64,000 bases of DNA, taken from assembly GCA_964016885.1 (NCBI GenBank), contig OZ024745.1:98642001-98706000 (forward strand). The letters are read 5' to 3'. Under the pieces are notes generated by a model. The model had not been told where the DNA came from and did not search any database. It worked only from the letters and a program-made list of their open reading frames with translations. Source of the stretch: Eledone cirrhosa. Lineage: Eukaryota. Positions 58,746-64,000 of the stretch are shown piece by piece (the first letter of the stretch is position 1; each line of letters opens with the position of its first letter). The position numbers and the translations under genes were made by a program.

Positions 58746-60969
58746 ATAGAACCAATTTAAAACTAGTTAGATCATCACTCAGAGTACTCGATACTTGGCG
58801 TAGTAGAGTATTGCTATATTATAAAGAGTCGGGACCCAACGCATTAGCTCTTTCTGTTTCAACAGCTAGAGTTCCGGAACTAACTGTTGAAATGGCAAGA
58901 GCTCAGCAAAGCTTACTTCTTGAGTAAAAATAAAATGAAGTAGAGTTATCAAGAGTTTTTATTTAGAATTTCAGTTTGTATTTTTCATTCAAAAATAAAA
59001 TATATATATTACATTAGAAAAAAAAAGACGATTATGAAGAAATAAAATGACAGCAGACTGTTTAGAGAGCTACTAAACTAGATGAATCCCTTTTACTGCC
59101 TAATACTAGGATAGTTCTTGTAATGCGTGGAAAGCTTTTTCATGAAATTGCTTATTTATTCCTCACTTATATGTAGACCTGTCTCCACAAAACTAATTTT
59201 CAGTGAGCTGTTTTCTAGTCTACAAATTACAATCTTAAAATCATCCATCAAAAATCCTTCAATTCTTGAAATATTCTAACAAGAGGTTAATCAGACTTGC
59301 CAACCTCTAAAAGCCCAAACGGGGAGTACCATGAAAAAAAGTGCCCCCAAACGGAGAGAAATAAGGCAAAATACTGAGACTTTAGATAATTGTTTCTACT
59401 TTTGGCACAAGGCCAGGAATTACCCAGTGTATTACTGGTACATTATTTTATCGACCCCGTAAGGATGAAAGACAAAGCTAATCTCGGCGGGATTTGAACT
59501 CAGAATGGCAAGGACGGGTAACTATGCGTCAAAGCATGGCGTCCGACCCTCTACCGATACTGCCAATCCAGATAATGGGAGCTACACATTTTCGCACCCA
59601 CCCCAAAGGCTATTGCAAATGTCCGTCAGACGGGGCGAATTGACAGTTCTGGGTTAATTGACTAAATTCTTTAATGAAGACAATACCAAGTCACCCCAAA
59701 ACACAGATTTATAAGGAAAATGTTATACCAAATTATTCAAACACATTGAAATCTTTAAAAGGTGTCTTCAATGGATGAAGATCAATAAAGATTTAAATGT
59801 TGCCCATACTTTTGCCTTACCAATGCAAATGGCTTATTTCTAATCTAGGAAGTACAATGAAAAGATAGCCAACAGAAAAACACTGTCAAATTAGTTTTAA
59901 ATAAAATTCATGTTTGACTATTATTTTTAAAATAAATGGCAGGAAGAGAGTTAAACAACTGGATTGCCAAAATTTCTATAAATTTTGACCAGAAGTTATT
60001 TAAAAAACGAAGGGTGTGATTTTTTTTTAATTTTTTTTTTTTTAATGTAGTAAAAAAAGGAAACCTGCTGAATTTGGTATGAGAGATATTTATTTATGTT
60101 CATATACTGAACAAAAGCGGTACCTAAGGTTCCAAGGTTCAATTATAACAGTCTCCCCAGGTTACAAATTTGATAGCTCATACAATTGGGGGAGATGGCC
60201 ATAATTGGACCTTGAAACCTTGGGTAGCGCTTTTGTTCCGTATATGAACATTAATACACACACATATATATAATTGATTAACTTAAACACTTAATCCAAA
60301 TCAGTTTGGTGCATTTTGAAATGAATAAATAATATAAGACCAGACAAATAATAACTGTCGGTAAACCGACATATAAATTAGGTGCTTTTGTATATATCAT
60401 TTGTTTTCTTAAAACTAGAATGTTAGATATATGTTTAATATATCGTCGAGTGTGAGCAAAAAGACAGAACACTGCAGTTACAATTCTTTGAGGAGAGAAA
60501 AAAAAAAAGAAAATCATAGTTGTCGAGTGAAGTGATTAAGTAAAGCTGTAAAATGAAAAACAACCTTCACCCATGTTAAAGAAACACCATGTCCATTTGC
60601 ATCATTTCGATGTCGAATCGTTCAGACTTACTTTCCATCTTTGCAAGTAAAATTTAAAAGACTAAAATACTATACACACCCTATCAATTGGTACACCAAT
60701 AAGAAAGATATCTTCCAATATAATAATATAAATAAGGAATACGAAAAAAAAAAAAAAAATTTGGATAGTAAAACAATTTTCGATGAAATTTTGTTTTTCT
60801 TCCTATGTCTGATTTAAATAAAAAAAGCTTCACGTAGTTTTATGAAAAATGATTTGAATGTATGGAAATTAGATTAAAAAAATTAAAATCCAAACATTTA
60901 AAATGAGCAGTGCACGTGGGTTTAAATATGTGAATATTTCGAGTACATGTATTATTATACACAATGGTA

Positions 60970-61659
60970 TTATAAATAATATATACATTCGTAAGTCCAT
61001 ACAGAAATTAAACCACCGATGTATGGATAAGACTTAGCAGCAACACATCTGAAACCTGTGTGTCTGTAGAGTTGTCTAGCGTGTTCGTTTACTTCAGTTG
61101 TAATAAGTTCGATGGCATCGTAACCTTGTCTGCGACAAAACTCAATCGACGAATTCAAAAGATCTCTTGCAATGCCGCGCCTCCGGTAATTTGGGTGTAC
61201 AAACATTCGCCGCAACCAGGCAGCCTTTTTCACATTTTTATCAAAATTAGCTTTGTCCTTTTTCACAATAGCAATGGTACCGACCACTTTGTCTTTACAT
61301 ACTGCCACCCAGAAATTGTTATCTGGGTCAGATAGATAGACGCCGGTGACATCGGACATATCGCGAAAAGGTGGTCCGTAAAGATAATAAAGGAATCCCA
61401 ACAGAGTCAAGAAATAAATACATGCACAGTAGCAAAGAATTCCTCCGAAAACCTTAGCCAATGTGATATTACTTTCGGTTTTCATTAAAACATATGTCAT
61501 AACGAACGAAAATAAGAGTGCAGAACTCCGTCGGAAAAGGAGAGCCTTAAACAACAGGTTAATGTAATTTTTACTACCTAGTTTCACTACAGTCCATGTT
61601 TCTTGGCTGTCAGCTACAGTCCATTGGCGTATTGTGTGTCTTGTAGGCGATTCTGTCAT
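60970..61659 (-). CDS. GNAT-family N-acetyltransferase, camello/NAT8-like, single coding exon, 229 aa
   Basis: N-terminal IRQW..AD, a hydrophobic membrane segment, DMSDV...Y....NNFWVAV...VVGTIAI, LRRMFVHPNYRRRGIA (acetyl-CoA motif A) and ELITTEVNEHARQLYRHTGF (motif B). Confidence 0.93.
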   Translation of the reverse strand: MTESPTRHTIRQWTVADSQETWTVVKLGSKNYINLLFKALLFRRSSALLFSFVMTYVLMKTESNITLAKVFGGILCYCACIYFLTLLGFLYYLYGPPFRDMSDVTGVYLSDPDNNFWVAVCKDKVVGTIAIVKKDKANFDKNVKKAAWLRRMFVHPNYRRRGIARDLLNSSIEFCRRQGYDAIELITTEVNEHARQLYRHTGFRCVAAKSYPYIGGLISVWTYECIYYL

Positions 61660-62439
61660 AATGGTGGTTTTATTTACTTGTTTCCCAGTTAAAGTGCTGC
61701 TCTTTGAACCTCATACTCGACTAAAACATCTTATATAGCAATAATGACAGGTAGGCTTTAGCTTCAGTAACGCTAGAAGTAATCAGAGTTACTTCCCTTT
61801 ACTGGAAGTATTATGTCAACATTGACTCAAATTTACATACGGCGACGAATTGGACGTATCTATCGCTAGAACGTCCGATAGAATGCTTTGCTGTTTTTGT
61901 TCCGGCTCTCTAAGTTCAAATCCCACCGAGATCAACTTTGTCTTTTATCCTTTCGTGTGGGAAAGTGATGGTATCGTAGATAGCTTAGGTTGTCAGGGTT
62001 CAAGTCCGGCCAAGATAGACAGAGAGGCATGTACGAAGAAAAAAAGTACCAATCCAGTTCTTCCTCTATACCACACTCTCTTCTCTCCTTCGCTGAAAGA
62101 AATTGGCTGTGTTCAGACATGAAGAAGGGATGGGTTCCGGCAGGTTTAAAACGCTATATATCACTACGGTGTCTCTACGACCCCACACAAAATAAACTCA
62201 TACACCTCAAAATAGAGTCGTGTTCTGTAAGAAGCGGTGAATTCTAACATTTCTTCTCCTACGAAAGTATCCTGTCTAAACAGTTAAACTTTACTATTTT
62301 TCTTGTAGTATACAAATTAGTTCAATTTTGTGAACTTGATTAGCTGATGTTATTTACTTATTTTCCCGTTTCGATCGGCAGCCTACAAAATAGGAAATCC
62401 AGCAGTAAAGTAGTTAGTTGATAGTCGCCAAAGATACTT

Positions 62440-63130
62440 ATTTCAAATTTTCATAACTGGGTGGCACCATGAAACACTCAAGAGAGGCGACAGTATATAC
62501 CCTCGACGGTGTCTGATATCCTCATTGAAAGGTTTCAACTTAGCACCATTAATTCGAACTCAAATACTAGGGTATTGGTATAGAAACACCAAGGCAACAA
62601 CAAGCTAACCATCGATCTCATACTCTCAGAACCTTCTACAACAGGTTCCGTGAAACGCGGTTGTATACCATTTAAAAGTCTACACCTTTTGGCAATACTC
62701 CCACGATTTCTTGAAGACCTTGCCGTAGAGTGAATATTTGATCGCCAGTATTGCGTTCGGGTGTGCGGGGAAGGGGTATCACACTTCGTCAGCTAGTTTA
62801 TACTCGACGATATCCTTACATCTCTTTGCATAGAATTTTGAAAATTGGGAATATCACTCCCGATTGCCATTGCTTCGGTGCCTTTCCAGGCAACCAGGCT
62901 TTTAACAGCTTGGACAGAATTTCATCCTCCCCGAGGCCTTGCCACATTTGAGTTCTTTAATTGCTCTTGTGACCTCAGTCTCCGAGAGGTTAATCATCGC
63001 TCCCAGATGCACCTCATGTATACCATAAGATGCTGTTGAGACCGGGTTTAGGAGGTTAGCAAAGTATTCTCTCCACCTTGCGAGGATGTTCCCCAAATGC
63101 GTTTCTGATAGCAGCCGAGAAGGGGAACTT
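62440..63130 (-). mobile_element. Degenerate RTE-like RT fragment
   Basis: LARWREYFANLLNP, EVTRAIKELKCGKASG and DQIFTLRQ motifs in broken frames. Confidence 0.8.
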
Positions 63131-64000
63131 CTTATTATGAAGTTCGCTTTCTTTTGCATTTAAATTGTAATTATATTTCCAAACTTTATGAATTGAAACT
63201 AAAACAACAGCATTTAACATTTTCACACTGTTTTCAAAAGTAAACGACATAATTATCTATTTAAAAAAGTACCGCAGCTGTAAATTCCCTGATTCTAATC
63301 AATTTCTAATTAAAAAAAAAATCTTTCCATTTTAGTTTATTACAGCAGTTTCTGAATCTCTGGTGTTCAAAATAGAAACTTTAAGGTTGTTTAAAAATAA
63401 AGTGTAATATTAATATAACAAATATGTTTTAAATATATACATAAATAACATTAGAAATGCTTAGATAACATTATAAATTGCTCGCGATTCTTTCAGAAAG
63501 ATATATTCTTTTAATGTTACAATATTAAAGAAAATGTAAAGGAAGGGGTGAATAACCGAACCAACATCAAAGCAAAAGACAGCAACGTCGCGAGAAGTAG
63601 TGAGCAACCTCTGTAATAACAGCCTTGTCTCGGGTGATGGCACTGGAACAACCAAGCGCCCTCGCGAGATTCGCCAGTTACCTCTATTAGGTGAGCCGCC
63701 AGTGAAGAGAATAACCTCGAAGTCAGCGGCCCGACTCCCTCAAACATCTCGAAAGTCACAGGCTGAAAAATGTAGCTGGCCGACAGATCACAGTGTTTGA
63801 GGGGTAATATATATATATATATATATATGTATGTATACGTACATACATATATGTGTACAGACGCACAGTAGTATGTATATATATACATACATGCACACAT
63901 ATATATATGTACGTATTTTACCGAACATTTATTATAATGTTCGCTTTGTTTGTAAACAAACAGCCCGAATTACGCCGTACAGTGCTCGGAAACCATCGTC

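Noticed and set aside
46878-59275. Possible minus-strand exons near 46880-46945 and 59167-59275
   Set aside because: They are short open frames with plausible splice sites but no recognisable homology or linkage.

Overview
Eukaryotic, AT-rich, repeat-dominated genomic DNA. The SINE, RTE and (TA)n/(ATC)n repertoire resembles an octopod/cephalopod genome, but that is an inference. Host genes are sparse: an intronless camello/NAT8-like GNAT acetyltransferase (60970-61659, -) and a probable multi-exon minus-strand gene starting at 21188. Mobile DNA includes an intact-ORF RTE LINE (APE + RT + PHD-like finger) in a head-to-tail RTE array, a complete but decayed hAT-Buster transposon with an 8-bp TSD, a non-autonomous Helitron, CRE-clade and Penelope-like (PLE) retroelement remnants, piggyBac-like and pogo-like MITEs, and tRNA-derived SINEs. 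The main discovery is a dispersed set of non-coding inserts in or beside (TA)n tracts that carry type I hammerhead ribozymes. I folded these by hand at 16942, 37358, 38676/39373, 40936, 41961/42854 and 58434/58608. They occur as terminally redundant monomers, permuted tandem multimers and large fold-back inversions. This is the architecture expected of retrozyme-like circular RNAs or PLE-mobilised elements. Coordinates and folds were read by eye and need computational and experimental confirmation.
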